This document shows, in pieces, positions 38,039 through 49,626 of a stretch of DNA of 64,000 nucleotides; the stretch's first letter is position 1, and every line of letters begins with the position of its first letter. A program made the position numbers and the translations under genes. The stretch covers positions 446,400,001 to 446,464,000 of the forward strand of contig NC_067401.1 of the NCBI RefSeq assembly GCF_016432865.1, written 5' to 3'. The notes beneath the pieces were generated by a model. The model was given only the letters and a program-made list of their open reading frames with translations, did not search any database and had not been told where the DNA came from. The stretch is from Antechinus flavipes. Its lineage: Eukaryota.

Positions 38039-38436
38039 TTCCCTTTTGAAACAAAGAGAGATGTATTTTTGGAGCAGCCTTCCCTTCTACTAAGTGAGCT
38101 TAGTTTCTCGGGTTGTAGTCTATGGGGAAATGGGGAACCAGACCTTTTGCTTTCATTGAAAACAGGACCTCCTCTCCCCCCCCCCCCCCCCCTTTCCCTC
38201 CTACAGTGAGGAAATTCTCTCTGCCATTGTTGAGCCAGGGCTTTGTCTCAGTATAACCTTAAGGAAGGCCTTAGAGCCCTGGCACCCTGTATGGGTCTCA
38301 CAGGCAAATATAAATTTGAGGCTTCCCTCTGACTTCTGAGACCAGTTCTCTTGACTCATTATATCACTGTTATTTATTTCATCATAATTAGAAAAGATTA
38401 GGTTAGAGTGAACATAGGTGCAGATGCTGTGCATTC

Positions 38437-38605
38437 ATTTCAGTTGTGTCTGACTTCATGATCCTATTGAGGGTTTTCTTGGCAAAGATACTGACTTGGT
38501 TTGCCATTTCCTTTTATTTGTTTTACAGATGAGGAAACTGAAGCAAACAGGGTTATGTGACTTGCCCAGGGTCTTACAGCTTGTATTTGTGCTTGGATTT
38601 AAACT
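38437..38605 (-). mobile_element. MAR1-type CORE-SINE
   Basis: ttttcttggcaaagatactg...ttttacagatgaggaaactgaagcaaacagggtta. Confidence 0.75.
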
Positions 38606-40216
38606 TGGTTTCTCTTTAATATGAGTATAGGTTAAGTGGCTATGCTATAAGTTAAAACTACTGATTTGTCTTCAAATTTTTTCATGAACCTAATATTCAT
38701 TCAGCATACAGCTTTAATGATTTCAAAGATACTTCCTATTTTTTCTCTAAAAAGTAAGAGGCACAGATAAAGCTACAAAAAATGGAAATAAAAGTAATAG
38801 AGAAAACTATTATTTAAACATCTATGTTAAGAATTTCATTAAATCAGGTACTTGTAAAAATTATTCTTGGGTAAATATAAATTCTATTGAACTTTCTTTA
38901 CAAAGGTTTATTCTCTTCAAAATATTCTTGTGGTGTTTGGGACAAAGCTAGGCGCAGAGCCCTAGGGCATTTCCCAGCATAGTAGATGAGTGAGAATTCC
39001 TCTTTGCAAAAGTTTTGCTTGTCAAGTCATCAGACTTTTATTAAGCAAGTACCATGTTCTTGGTACTCTGCTAAGCAGTAGGCATATAAAGAGAGGCAAA
39101 AATAGTTCCTTTCCTTAAGGAGCTCACAGTCTAATGGAAGAAACAATATATATCCAAGATACAGTTGAGATAGATGGAAGATCATCTCCAAGGAAAAGCT
39201 CAAGCAGCAAAGAGGTTTCCTAAAAGGTTTCTTCCAGAAGATAGAATTTTAGTTGAGACTTGAAGGAGCCAGACACCAACAGGCAGAAGTGATAGGGGAG
39301 AGGGCTTAATAGCTTTTGACCCTGGGCAAGTCACTTTAACTCATTTGCCTTAGTTTCTTCATTTGAAAAAAGAAACAGCAAATCACTGGAGCGTCACTCC
39401 AAAAAAATCCCAAAATGAAGTCATAAAGAATCCAACAAACCTAAAAAATGTCTAAATAATAGGGAGTATTGTATAGTGCCATTTTAATTGATATGTACAG
39501 ATTACTGTACATATATTAATTAATACAGATTATACTGATGCCTGTGTCCATGATGATAATTTTTGTTTCTTGTATCTGAATTTCTAAAGAGAGAATTCTG
39601 GGAAGTTTTCACTATTATTTAAATAAATATTCTGTTCTTTGCCTACCCTATCTTCCTCCCTTCCCCCCCAATAACATTTTTAAGGTCAAATGTGAATTTC
39701 TACTTTTCTGGGAAATCTCTTCATACACAAGAAACATTTTGTAAGAAGTAATATTTTGTCCCAAAGATCTTTAAAAGCAAACTTTTGTAACACGCTTTTA
39801 GTTATTTTTCCCTGAAGCTTTATGAACTTTTTCCGGTATCCTTGTTCTGCAGATTTAGAAGTGAATAGGAACTGGGTAAAGAATATTTTGTCACTAACCA
39901 TTTTTCTCCCAAAATGGAAATTGAGAAAGTGAATAGTGCCACCAAGTGGTGGCACTATGATGTTGAATATTTCACAACTGAAATTTGTTGAAATATTTAT
40001 TGTCTGATCTCAAGAAAAAATTCTTACCTTCAGAGTTTAACAACAATCCCACAGGTCTGATCATCTACTCTGAGGAAAAATTGAATCCCTTATTTTAACT
40101 AAAAAGTTCATCATTGTGAACTGAAACACTAACAATTTTGCAACTAATCTATGTTAATTTTTTTTACTAAAGTAAGAAATAGAGAAATGATTCCTTGACC
40201 ATTTTGTTTTCAACAG

Positions 40217-40448
40217 TTTTCCATCTGCCTTTGTTTCTAACAATAATCAGTCTTCTGCAACTTCCATGTCAAATGCCTCCGTTTCTTCATCAACCGCAGT
40301 TACCACCTCTCTCTTGCCTTCAACAAGTAACACAGTTATTACTCCTACCGTCAGTGACTTGAAGGAGTCCAGTGGAAGTAGGAAAGCCAGGGTGCTTTAT
40401 GACTATGATGCTGCAAACAGTAGTGAATTATCACTTCTCGCAGATGAG
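40217..40448 (+). CDS. SH3GLB1: SH3GLB1 exon 10 (Ser/Thr-rich linker and start of SH3: ...SRKARVLYDYDAANSSELSLLADE)
   Basis: ttttcaacag acceptor; 232 nt, phase 2 to 0; donor GAG|gtaagg. Confidence 0.97.
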
Positions 40449-40878
40449 GTAAGGGATATGATTAGTATAAAGACACAGGTCACCAACTTAGGAACGTACT
40501 CTCTGGAACAAGCATGACACATTGCGGACTCCCAAAGTGACATCTAGAAAATCCATTTTTTCAAGCATGACTCTTTGGATTTTTAATGGTTTATATTATT
40601 GTCTTTCTTTTCTTGGCTTAAAATCTCGAATAACAGAATAAAATATTTAAAAAGGGTTAATATTGTGGTTTTTCTCTGGAAAAGTGGCCCTATGAGATAT
40701 TCCATCTTTTGACAAGGTTATAATATTGCTTAATCCCTTTAAAAAATGAGAGTTTGAGCCAGGCCTTGAAAAAGTATTTCTTATTTTTTTATAAATAACA
40801 TGAATCACAAGGGCAATTATGATCACTGTCACATTTTATTGATAAAATTAGTAACTACAATTTTTTTTTTTTTTTTAG

Positions 40879-40986
40879 GTGATCACAGTTTACAGTATCG
40901 TTGGTATGGATTCAGACTGGCTGATGGGTGAAAGGGGAAATCAAAAGGGCAAAGTACCAATTACTTACTTAGAACTGCTCAACTAA
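40879..40986 (+). CDS. SH3GLB1: SH3GLB1 last coding exon (VITVYSIVGMDSDWLMGERGNQKGKVPITYLELLN*)
   Basis: Poly-T + ag acceptor; SH3 C-terminus; TAA at 40984-40986. Confidence 0.98.
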   Translation: MITVYSIVGMDSDWLMGERGNQKGKVPITYLELLN

Positions 40987-41338
40987 GTGGGGGGGCCTCT
41001 AGACAGACTACCAGTTATGACACAATATTTATATATGATTAACTATGTAAAGCAGGTTTAAGTGTCTTCCATGTTAATGTCTTAAGAGACTCAGAAACTA
41101 CCAGCCATCAGAAATAGGCTTTTCTGCCAATAATGTTGCATGGTAAATTTTTCATTGCTTCAGATTTGGTGTTAAGAGCTTTTTACTTCGTGCCAAGGAT
41201 GTTTTCTTACAGGATTTTCTGTTTCTACTGAAGTTTTCACTAACAAGCGGATTCTACTTTTGAGTAAACTAGATCGAAAGCAGGAGATCTGTTTTCTACT
41301 GAATTTTTCACTAATGGCAAGCTTCTTCCTTTATGTAA

Positions 41339-41344
41339 AATAAA
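41339..41344 (+). terminator. SH3GLB1: Polyadenylation signal AATAAA of SH3GLB1 (probable proximal or main site)
   Basis: TGTA immediately upstream (41334) and GT/T-rich tract downstream (41361-41390). No other AATAAA was seen between the stop and ~41960. Cleavage site not determined. Confidence 0.7.
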
Positions 41345-42309
41345 TTTATTGTGAATTGATGTCTGCTTTGCTCTTTTTTTTTATTTTTATTACATACAGG
41401 TAGCAAACACAAAATTGATTAAGTTTCCTGGCTAGAATGTTTTCATAGATACAACTTTTTGACCGAGAGTACAAAATTGAAAGTGTCCGTGAAGATCAGA
41501 AATCCACATTTCTGTTGTATTATCAGAGTAAGCCAATTCTCATCTAGAAAACATTTAAAATTTCAATTGAAAATAGAAAAATGTATAAGAGCATACATAG
41601 TTATTTGGGCATACTAGTTTCTCCCAAGTTACCAAAAAAATTCAGTCTCTTTTGCAGTGTTGTTATTCTTTCTTTGACAGATGAGAATCTATAACTATCA
41701 GCATAGACCTCTGATAATAACTTGATAGAAACAGACATTTCATATTTTGTTTATGTTTTTTCACACCATCATTTCCTTATTGTACACCAGTTGGCAGATT
41801 TATTTGAGACAGCTTCTATTCAATTGAATATCACTTAGAGAACATTATAATGTAAGTAACGAGATTATTCTTTTATTGAACAAAAGTTTTGGTGGTGATG
41901 TAAGGGCTTATGGCAGTTGACTCATTTTTTACACGTGGCATGCTACATGGCTGGTGCAGAAAAAGATGGCATTTAGCCATCCCAGTCCTACCCTCTCTGT
42001 CTGGCTTGTCGGACGCCTCCACTGCGTGACACCCATGCAGACACTCCCAGTTCCTGTCCCATCAGGGCGTCAGTTGAAGGATGGAAACGAGAAGGGTTTC
42101 TGAGGGCTCAAGGGGGTGGGGAGCTGATCTCCTCAACTCTGCCCTAAAGATCTCCTGGGCACAGAGCAAAGGAGGACTTTGCTCCCTTGGAGCCCCTAAA
42201 GGAAGAGCTGCTCCTAAGGGAAGCTGGGAAGACGTTTCCATAGATTTTTCTTGATCCACTCTCCCAGCTCCTCTTGGCCCTCTCTCTCAGCACTCCTACT
42301 GTGGGAGCT

Positions 42310-42937
42310 TGTTGTGTTTTTCTTCTTCTTTAAAATATAATAAGGATAAATATGATGGTTCTCTCTGGGAGAGAGTTGATTTCTTGGAGAGGTTTTCTGG
42401 AGGCAGCCTTAGTATCAGTTCAGATCAATAATTACCCCAAATGCAGCCAGGTGATAAAAGTTCAGATCTTTTATTGTCTCCAATATAGCCCGATTAACTT
42501 TTCTTAGAGGCCTCTCTCTCTCTCCTTGGTTCTAAGAGCTCTTGCAGTTTTGTCCTTTGCTTCTGCCTCTGCTTTCTTCAGCCTTCAGTCCAGCTCCACT
42601 CTTCGTGTAATTCTGCTGAAATCTGACTGAGAGCCTCTGTCTGTATCTTATATATGAGAGAGAGGAATTGTGGGATACGAGAGAGAGGGATTATGGGTTT
42701 TCTCCCATAGTGCTTTCTTGCCCTAAAAGCTTCAAGGGAGGTGTGAATTCACAAAGTTACACAGTTTGTGAATCTCCCATACTTGTGAACTCCAGTGAGT
42801 AAAGGTGTGAACACAAGCGTTGTATCAATTAGAAACTTAGTACCTTGTTTCAGGTTCTGGCCCAAAACATCTTCTTGTAAGATCGGATCAATAATCTATC
42901 AACTCTAATGAGTTAGCAGTTTGTAAAGATTCCAACA
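42310..42937 (-). mobile_element. ERV solo LTR, 628 bp, with 6-bp TSD (class II/beta-like by TSD length)
   Basis: Termini TGTTG...CAACA; TSD GGAGCT at 42304-42309 and 42938-42943; minus-strand TATATAA (42648-42654) and AATAAA (42470-42475) in U3-R-U5 order. Confidence 0.92.
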
Positions 42938-43749
42938 GGAGCTGGCCCAAGTAGTGCCCGTGCGGGGTCAGAGCCACGAGAGGCTTATTACTAGGACAGG
43001 CTCTTGCTCCTAGAACAAACCAGATGATGGCGTGAGGCGCCTTCCAGATGCTTCCTTACTTCTGAATTCTGGAGGATTTCTAGGAGGGAAGAACACTGCA
43101 GAAGCCTGGAGGGAAGCACACACACCAAAGGCCCGGGGGAGGGAGTCTCCATTGCCTCCCGCCAAGTCTTGTGAATGGGAAGGAGCCCCCTCCAGCCTGC
43201 CCCTGCCTCCCTCTGGCTCCGCTGCCTAAGGTCAGGCTCCCTTCTGGTCTGGGCTGTGGGCAGGGCATCCGGCCCAGATGCTGACAAGGACCGGTGGAGG
43301 GAGGCGAGATCGGAGCTAAAACCAAGGTCCACCTGTCCCTCAAGTGACCATTTCCCTAAGTTGGTGTTGCAGACTTTATCCTGGAACAGCAGCTCTGACA
43401 AGTTGTTGGCACGTTTACCTCCCGAGCTCGCTCCCATAAACAGCCCATTTGTTAATGTGTTTTTAGGCAGCGTTTCAGTGACATCTTTCCACTGCCTTTC
43501 CAACCTCCCATAGGGATGCACTCCTTTTTTTTTTTTTTTTTTTTTTCTTTTTAACTCCTCCTGAAGTATAGAAATCTTATTTACATTTTTATAATGGGAA
43601 CAATTTAATTATGGACAGACTGATATCATTATTAGCACAAATTGCTTATGGGAGAGGGAAGGGGACAGAAATAATGTAGCCCCTAGTAGTGTTTGCAACT
43701 ATTATCTTGGCGGTAGCCACTGTAAATAACTACAAAATAAAGTTTTCCT

Positions 43750-43890
43750 GGAGCAGCTGGGTGGCGCAGCGGGTAGAGCATCAGCCCCGAAGTCAGGAGG
43801 ACCCAAGTTCAAATCTGGCCTCAGACGCTTGACACGTGCTGGCTGTGTGATCCTGGGCAAGTCATTTGACTCCAATTGCCTCAGCAAAAA
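43750..43890 (+). mobile_element. Young WSINE1-like SINE
   Basis: Intact A/B boxes, several CpGs retained, A tail, 14-bp TSD aaaataaagttttc (43734-43747, 43891-43904). Confidence 0.92.
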
Positions 43891-44554
43891 AAAATAAAGT
43901 TTTCTTGGTGATTGTGACTAGTTACAACAAATAAGCTGATGAAGGTATTAGAACTAAAGTTCACTCTTTGCTACCTAGTGACTCAAAACTGGTCTATTTT
44001 TAAAATAATGCCGTTTGCTAGCCAAATTCTCCCAAAGAATTGTGTTATCTTCCAAGGTATGTGTATGTCCCAATTCTCTTTCCATTATCTCAGGGTTGTA
44101 CATCTAGACTAGGCTGAGAATTTATTCCCAAACAAACAGGTTATCTTGTCTCCATGTAACACCACATTGGTGAAACCCTTGAATTTTAAGAGTGTAATTC
44201 AACAAACCCACTACATGTGGATATAGGGGGTGGGGGACAGAACAAGCAGTACCCTTCAGAAGCCCACAGTCTGATAGGGGGGAAACAAGCTCTGTCCAGA
44301 TGAATAAACAAAATACATGCGTTGCTAACTAAGACTAATGGGAGAGTATCAGGAAAGGCTTGGGGCGAGAGGCGGCATTGGTTGGAGCCTTCACAGAACT
44401 GATCGGCTTGAGCACTTCTGAATTCCTGTGTGCCGGGCCATTATCCACGTCCTGTCCCCTAATGTGGGTAGACCCCATGGCCCTTTCTTGTGTCCCTTTC
44501 CACTCTCTCTTGGGGATTGGTTGTCTCTGTGTGTAAGTGTCGTCCATGATTCCT

Positions 44555-44800
44555 CCTTGAATTCCAGAGGGATAGTAGATGGGACCTCTGCAGCTCATGG
44601 GAAACGCCCTGGGAGAGGTCAGCCTCGGCTTGAAAACCTCCATTCTTGGGGCAGCCTGGTCCACGTCTCATCATAAGGAAGGGTTCTTCCCAACAAGTCC
44701 ACATTTATCCCTCCGTGTTTTCCCTGTTGATTCCATTTCCACCCTCTGGGGACAAACAAGAACAAATACTCTGGTCCCTCTTCCACATAAGAACCTGGAG
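44555..44800 (-). mobile_element. L3/CR1 3'-end fragment embedded among L2 pieces
   Basis: Minus strand tatgtggaagaggg...ccccagaggg...aggctgcc...tggaggttttcaagccgaggctga resembles the CR1/L3 3' terminus. L2 motifs flank it (44250-44370, 44830-45600). Confidence 0.65.
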
Positions 44801-45619
44801 AAGGGAACTGGAAATTCCAAGCGGCGGAGGTGAGGGGGGAAAGCCTTCCAGGGACAAGGGGTCAGCCTGCGCAAAGTCTGGGAAAGGAGAAATGCAACAT
44901 GGAGGACACAGGCTGTGAACCGGCCGGGAATGGCTTTCAGTGCCAGAGAGAGGAGCCCCTCCCCGGGGGCAAGCTACTCATGCAGAGGCTTGATCAAGAT
45001 TGTTTGGCTGCTGGATGGAAACACGGATTGGAGGAAGGGACACAAGTTAGGAGGCTATTGAAGTAGTCCAACGATGACCTGAATTAGAACACAGAAGGGG
45101 AAAGTCGGGAGAGTTTTGTCGTTAGAATCTGCAAGACTGGCAAGCTAATTAGGGGAGGGCAAAGAGAAAAATTGAGAATGACTGAGGTGGGTGAACCTGC
45201 ATGGTTGGACCTCGACAGAAATAATGATTAGGAAGAAAGGTAGGTTTGGGGGCAGGAGCTGGGGTTGGTGAGAGAAGAATACATTCGACTTGAACATAGC
45301 AAGTTTGGCCCAGCCGAGAAAAGTCCCATAGGCAAGTGATTTTATGGGAGATCAGAGCTGACCGAAGTGTGGCCTTGGACAATACTTTTACCTTGGAGCT
45401 GATAATTAAACTCAGGTGAGTAGATCTCCAAGAGACTAGAAAGAAGGGAGTTTACAACTGCAAAGAAAGTTAGACATCGGGTACAGTGAGGCTTGAGAAG
45501 AGGTTCTTCAGTGAAGAGAGGTTTAACAACCTTGAAGAGAGTAGTAGCCAGATTGCAAAGCATTGAGCGGTTGGAAGTGAGGAAACTTAAGTGACCAGTG
45601 TAGACAGGTAGATAGCAGG

Positions 45620-45790
45620 AGCAGCAAATGGCAAAGTGGATAGAGTGCCGGTCCTAGAATCAGGAGGACCTGACCTCAGGTTCAGTCCAGGAACTTACCA
45701 GCTGTTTCTTATCTGTAAAACGAGCTGGAGAAAGAATGGAGATTACGCCAGTATCTCTGCCAAAAAAGCCTCAAAGGAGGACACATTCTG
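45620..45790 (+). mobile_element. MAR1-type SINE, degenerate
   Basis: aagtggatagagtgcc...tcaggaggacctga...ccagtatctctgccaaaaaa. Confidence 0.65.
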
Positions 45791-47804
45791 GAAACAGCCG
45801 AAAACAACCACTCAGTAAAATGTAGACAACCCTTTAGGAATGTGGGACAAAAGGGCTAGATTGTCACCTAAGAAGTGGAAGTGAAGTTTTTGGGGTTCTT
45901 TTTTAATGGCGAGACCTGATTAGAAAGGTATGGAGAGAGAGATTGAAGCTAGGGAAAAGAGGGAATAATTAAGAAAATGAGGTTTCAGATGAGCCCTGAA
46001 TGGAGTGGAGTGTAAGGATGTAAGCTAGAGAATAGAAATTGTTTCACTGCTTGTATCCCTGGCACATAGTAGGTACTTAATAAATGCTTATTGATTTATT
46101 TATGTCATTCATTGCACAATTGGAGGGATCGGCCTTTATCAGGAGAAAGCCCATCTTTTCATCTGAGACTGGGGAGGAGAGAAACAGAAGAGAATGCAGG
46201 CTGCTGCAGAGAGGATTGGAAGTGTGCAGGGAGAGAAGAGAGCTTGGGACCAATGGTCTCCTTCTGTAAACCTTCAATAAAACCTCTGTCCATAGGGAAA
46301 GGGGGAGAGAGGACGAAGAAATCCTAAGAGAAGAGCTGTGGAAGTCATCTTAGTGTCAATTGGGGAGGAAAAAAAAAAAGACTTCTACAACAGTGAGGAG
46401 CCAGGTAGGATTAGATAATGGAACCCTCGTTTTCCAAGATCTAGGATCAGAGACTGGAGGCAGGTTTAAGGAGATTCCCTATTATCGGTACTGGGACAAG
46501 AGAATAGTGGTGAGTGGGAAGCGGCTGGGCCCAAGCAAGCTCGCCTCTCAGGGACACAAGCAGAGGCTAGGGTTCAGGTGTGGTGGCTGTATGGAAAGGG
46601 GCCAGGTGGATGGGGATGGAAACTGCAAGGAGAGACGGGAGAAGATTTTTGCCTTTAGAGACAACTGACCATGATCTAAACTCTCCAAATTACACAGAGC
46701 TCTTTTTTTAAAGCTTTAAGGAGAATTTACAGATAACAAGAGCATGGGATCAACAGCTGCAATAATTATAGAGGGCAAAACCCCAGGGACAAAGCAATCA
46801 GCATTTGGGTGAACTCTGCCAGACTTAAATTAGCATTGGACTCACTGGCTATAACTTAAAGTACTGGGCTGAGGAAGAGTGAGCGTTAAGAGGACAAGCC
46901 CTATGGGGGGCATAAGGAGGGAAGGCTATTACTATGTAAAGCTTAAATGGATGATTAACTAGGCAGCCTGTGAATGGTAAGCAGCCCCCTGCCAATTGCA
47001 AGTACCGTTAGACTAAGGTAACGTCCATGATGGCGAGATTGTGCAGTTGTTTGCAGGGGTTTCCATGCCTTGGTGAAGCTGAAAGGACTGCTAACTGATA
47101 TCAGCAAGCTCGAAAAGCAACTATTTCTGGAAACTTTTTCCAGTCCAGCTTCCTATTTTGTTCTCTTATCAGAAAACCAGAGCGTCTGCTCTTCTTCAGT
47201 ACTGTAGAAACTTTCCCATTCTTCACCATCATTTTAAATACTAATACAATTTTTCAATTAACAATCGACCAGTTCTTTCAGTACCCAAGGATGTAGTCTG
47301 GAAGCCAAGGGATGTAAATTCATCGAGGGCAAGTAGGTGACAATACTTATGTTGGGCATTAACTCCTTATTGTCCATTTTTGTTTTGCCCTTTTTTGCGT
47401 TCCCCTTGGCATAAAATAAAACACAAAGAATGGGGTAGTTCTGCCTTTTTGTTGTTCATTATCAGAGCACCATCTACTCACTATGGACACCATCCCAGAA
47501 TTTCCATGAATTAACCAGTTTAGTCAAGAAAGAAAATAAGGTGAATCTGAAAGAACTACTCGTAATAAAGCCATCCTCTTTGAGAACATTTTCCTTTTTC
47601 TTCAGTAGCCAAAACGCACTTATTTAATGCCAACAGTCAAAAACATTTACTAGGTACCTAATATGTGCCAGGTATCATGCTAAGCTGGGGACATAAAGAA
47701 TGGCAAAATAGTTACTTCCCTCAAGGAATACACAATCTAATAGGAGGCGGCAAAAACGCGAACAACTATGTGCAAACAGATTACAGATCGGACACATTCA
47801 ATGT

Positions 47805-47975
47805 TGTCGTTGCTCTCCATAATTGGAAAGGACTGTGACAGCAGGGAGATACATGACATGCAAGTGGATTAAGGGAGGGAGGGCTATGCAGTCACCAGTC
47901 TCACTTTCTCCTCCAAAGCTATCTGAGACCAACGGCAAGATATGGATCAGGACGACTGGAGATGGCCCTGGAGGA
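47805..47975 (-). mobile_element. Marsupial RTE-type SINE fragment
   Basis: Reverse complement of the 4600 copy (catgacatgcaagtggattaagggagggagggct...ctcactttctcctcca). Confidence 0.6.
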
Positions 47976-49277
47976 ATCTCAGAAGAAAGCCACTAACATT
48001 AAAATCTTGCAGAAAGAAGGTGGGATTTTTGATAAGACTTAGTGGAAACCAGGGAAATGAGGAAAAGCATTTCACACATGGTAAATTACTGATGAAAATA
48101 CAATTAGAGATGAAGAGTTCTGTGAAAAGAACAGCAAGAAGGCCGGTGTCCTTATATCAGGGAGGGTGAATAAGATGTAAGAAGACTAGACAGGTAGGAA
48201 GGGAGCTAAATTGTGAAGGCTTGAATGCCCAAGAGAGGATTTTATATTTTATCCTGGAGTTCAATGACTAGTAGAGTCCTTAGCTGCCTGGTTCGCTTTA
48301 GTCTCCTGCTTCTTAAACTGGGGAGTCTCATAACTGAAGGATTGTGAAATTATAATGTTATCAGTAAATGTTTGATTTGCACATCTATTTCATATACCTA
48401 TATATGACCTGTAAAGATTTCTTGGGCTATAAGGGATTGGGAGTGGAAGAAAGCTTAAGAAGCCCTGGTTTAATAAGATCAGTTTATCTGAGTGGGTAGA
48501 GACAAGTCAGGGAGATTAAGTAGCAGGTGTTGTAGCAGTCCAGGTGTGATGTGATAAAGGCCTTAATGAGAAGAAAGTAGGGAGGTATATCCAAAAAATG
48601 TTAAGAAGGTAGAATTGACAGGATTTAGCAAGAGTTCAGGTGGGAGTGTAAGAGACAGAAAGAGAGGAGACACCTGAGATGAATGATGGGAGAGTGATGG
48701 TACCTTCAAGAGTAGTGGGAAGATAAAAAGAGAAGAGGGTTTGGGGGGAAAGATGTGTCTGCTTTGGACATCCTGAGCTTAAGATGCCTATAGGAATACA
48801 GTTCAAGTTGCGAGTCAGTTGGAGACGTGAGACCGAGATGGGGAGAGAAATAGGGCTGGACAAGGACCTGCAGAGTCCGTTGTCAGGTTACCTTTCCACA
48901 ATGGTGACTCCCTGGAGGACGGGCCCAGGCTGATAATGGAGATCTGAAGGGCTCTGGGCTTCTTGGGCTTATCTGTCTCATGTTGGTGACAGTTGGTTTT
49001 GGTCCTTGGGAGGGTGGGATCTTTCTCCTCTAGGCTGGCTCTCCTAGATAATGGCTGTGGGAACAGGGCTGGATGCAGGACCAGTGGGGTGAGGGGATGA
49101 CGCTGGCTCCCAAGCTCTTGGACTCTAGATCCTGGGTTATCTCCATGGAGTCCAGACAGAGGTGGTCAGGGTAATGGTGGGGTTTAACCCACCTTCCACA
49201 CACCACATCCTGTTTCCAAAAACAACATGTGAATTGTGTATAGTTGAGTCACTAAACCTCTGATCTGATGATATATC

Positions 49278-49626
49278 TTTTTTAAAGCTTTTTATTTTCA
49301 AAACATATACATAGTTTTCAACATTCACCCTTGCAAAACTTTGTTCCAAATTTTTTCTCCCTCCTTTTCTCCCCATTTCTTCCCCTATACAGCAAGTAAT
49401 CTAATATATGTTAAATACATACAATTCTTCTATACATATTTCCACAATTACATGCTGCCCAAGGAAAATCAGATCAAAAAGAAAAAAAGAGAAAGAAAAC
49501 AAAATGCAATGAAATAACAACAAAAAAAGTGAAAATGCTTTGTGGTGATCCACACTCAGTCCCTACAGAGCTCTCGCTGAGTGCCGAAGACTCTTTTTGT
49601 CACAAAACCATTGGAAATGGCCTGAA
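49278..49626 (-). mobile_element. L1 3'-end fragment
   Basis: ttttttaaagctttttattttcaaaacatat... is the antisense of the L1 3' end seen at 52340-52377. Confidence 0.8.

Larger units (their letters stand above)
256..40986 (+). other. SH3GLB1: SH3GLB1 (endophilin-B1/Bif-1) gene span. Ubiquitous CDS join 256-327,15295-15436,17492-17620,22630-22763,23960-24052,35348-35437,35820-35920,40217-40448,40879-40986 = 1101 nt, 366 aa; +6S+7 = 387 aa; +6L+7 = 403 aa
   Basis: All junctions are GT-AG with compatible phases. The spliced translation is an N-BAR + SH3 protein nearly identical to mammalian endophilin-B1. Y80 (EFVYEK, Src site) and T145-P (FLTPLR, Cdk5 site) are retained. Confidence 0.98.

Noticed and set aside
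38176-38192. C17 homopolymer (G-quadruplex on the minus strand)
   Set aside because: Isolated homopolymer with no functional context; length unreliable in assemblies.
39548-39580. ATGATGA...CTGA pair as a C/D snoRNA
   Set aside because: Boxes only ~25 nt apart and no terminal stem.
42991-43521. 176-aa minus ORF as SELENOF (LGFSSDL and VCNTNLGK resemble SELENOF motifs; SELENOF is the downstream neighbour in human)
   Set aside because: Motifs are in the wrong order, there is no CxU, no splice acceptor (a poly-A run lies upstream) and no true ATG start. No SELENOF or CLCA exons were found in the window.
44335-45066. Cluster of overlapping 67-109 aa ORFs on both strands
   Set aside because: Largely explained by L3/CR1 and L2 fragments; no coherent protein.
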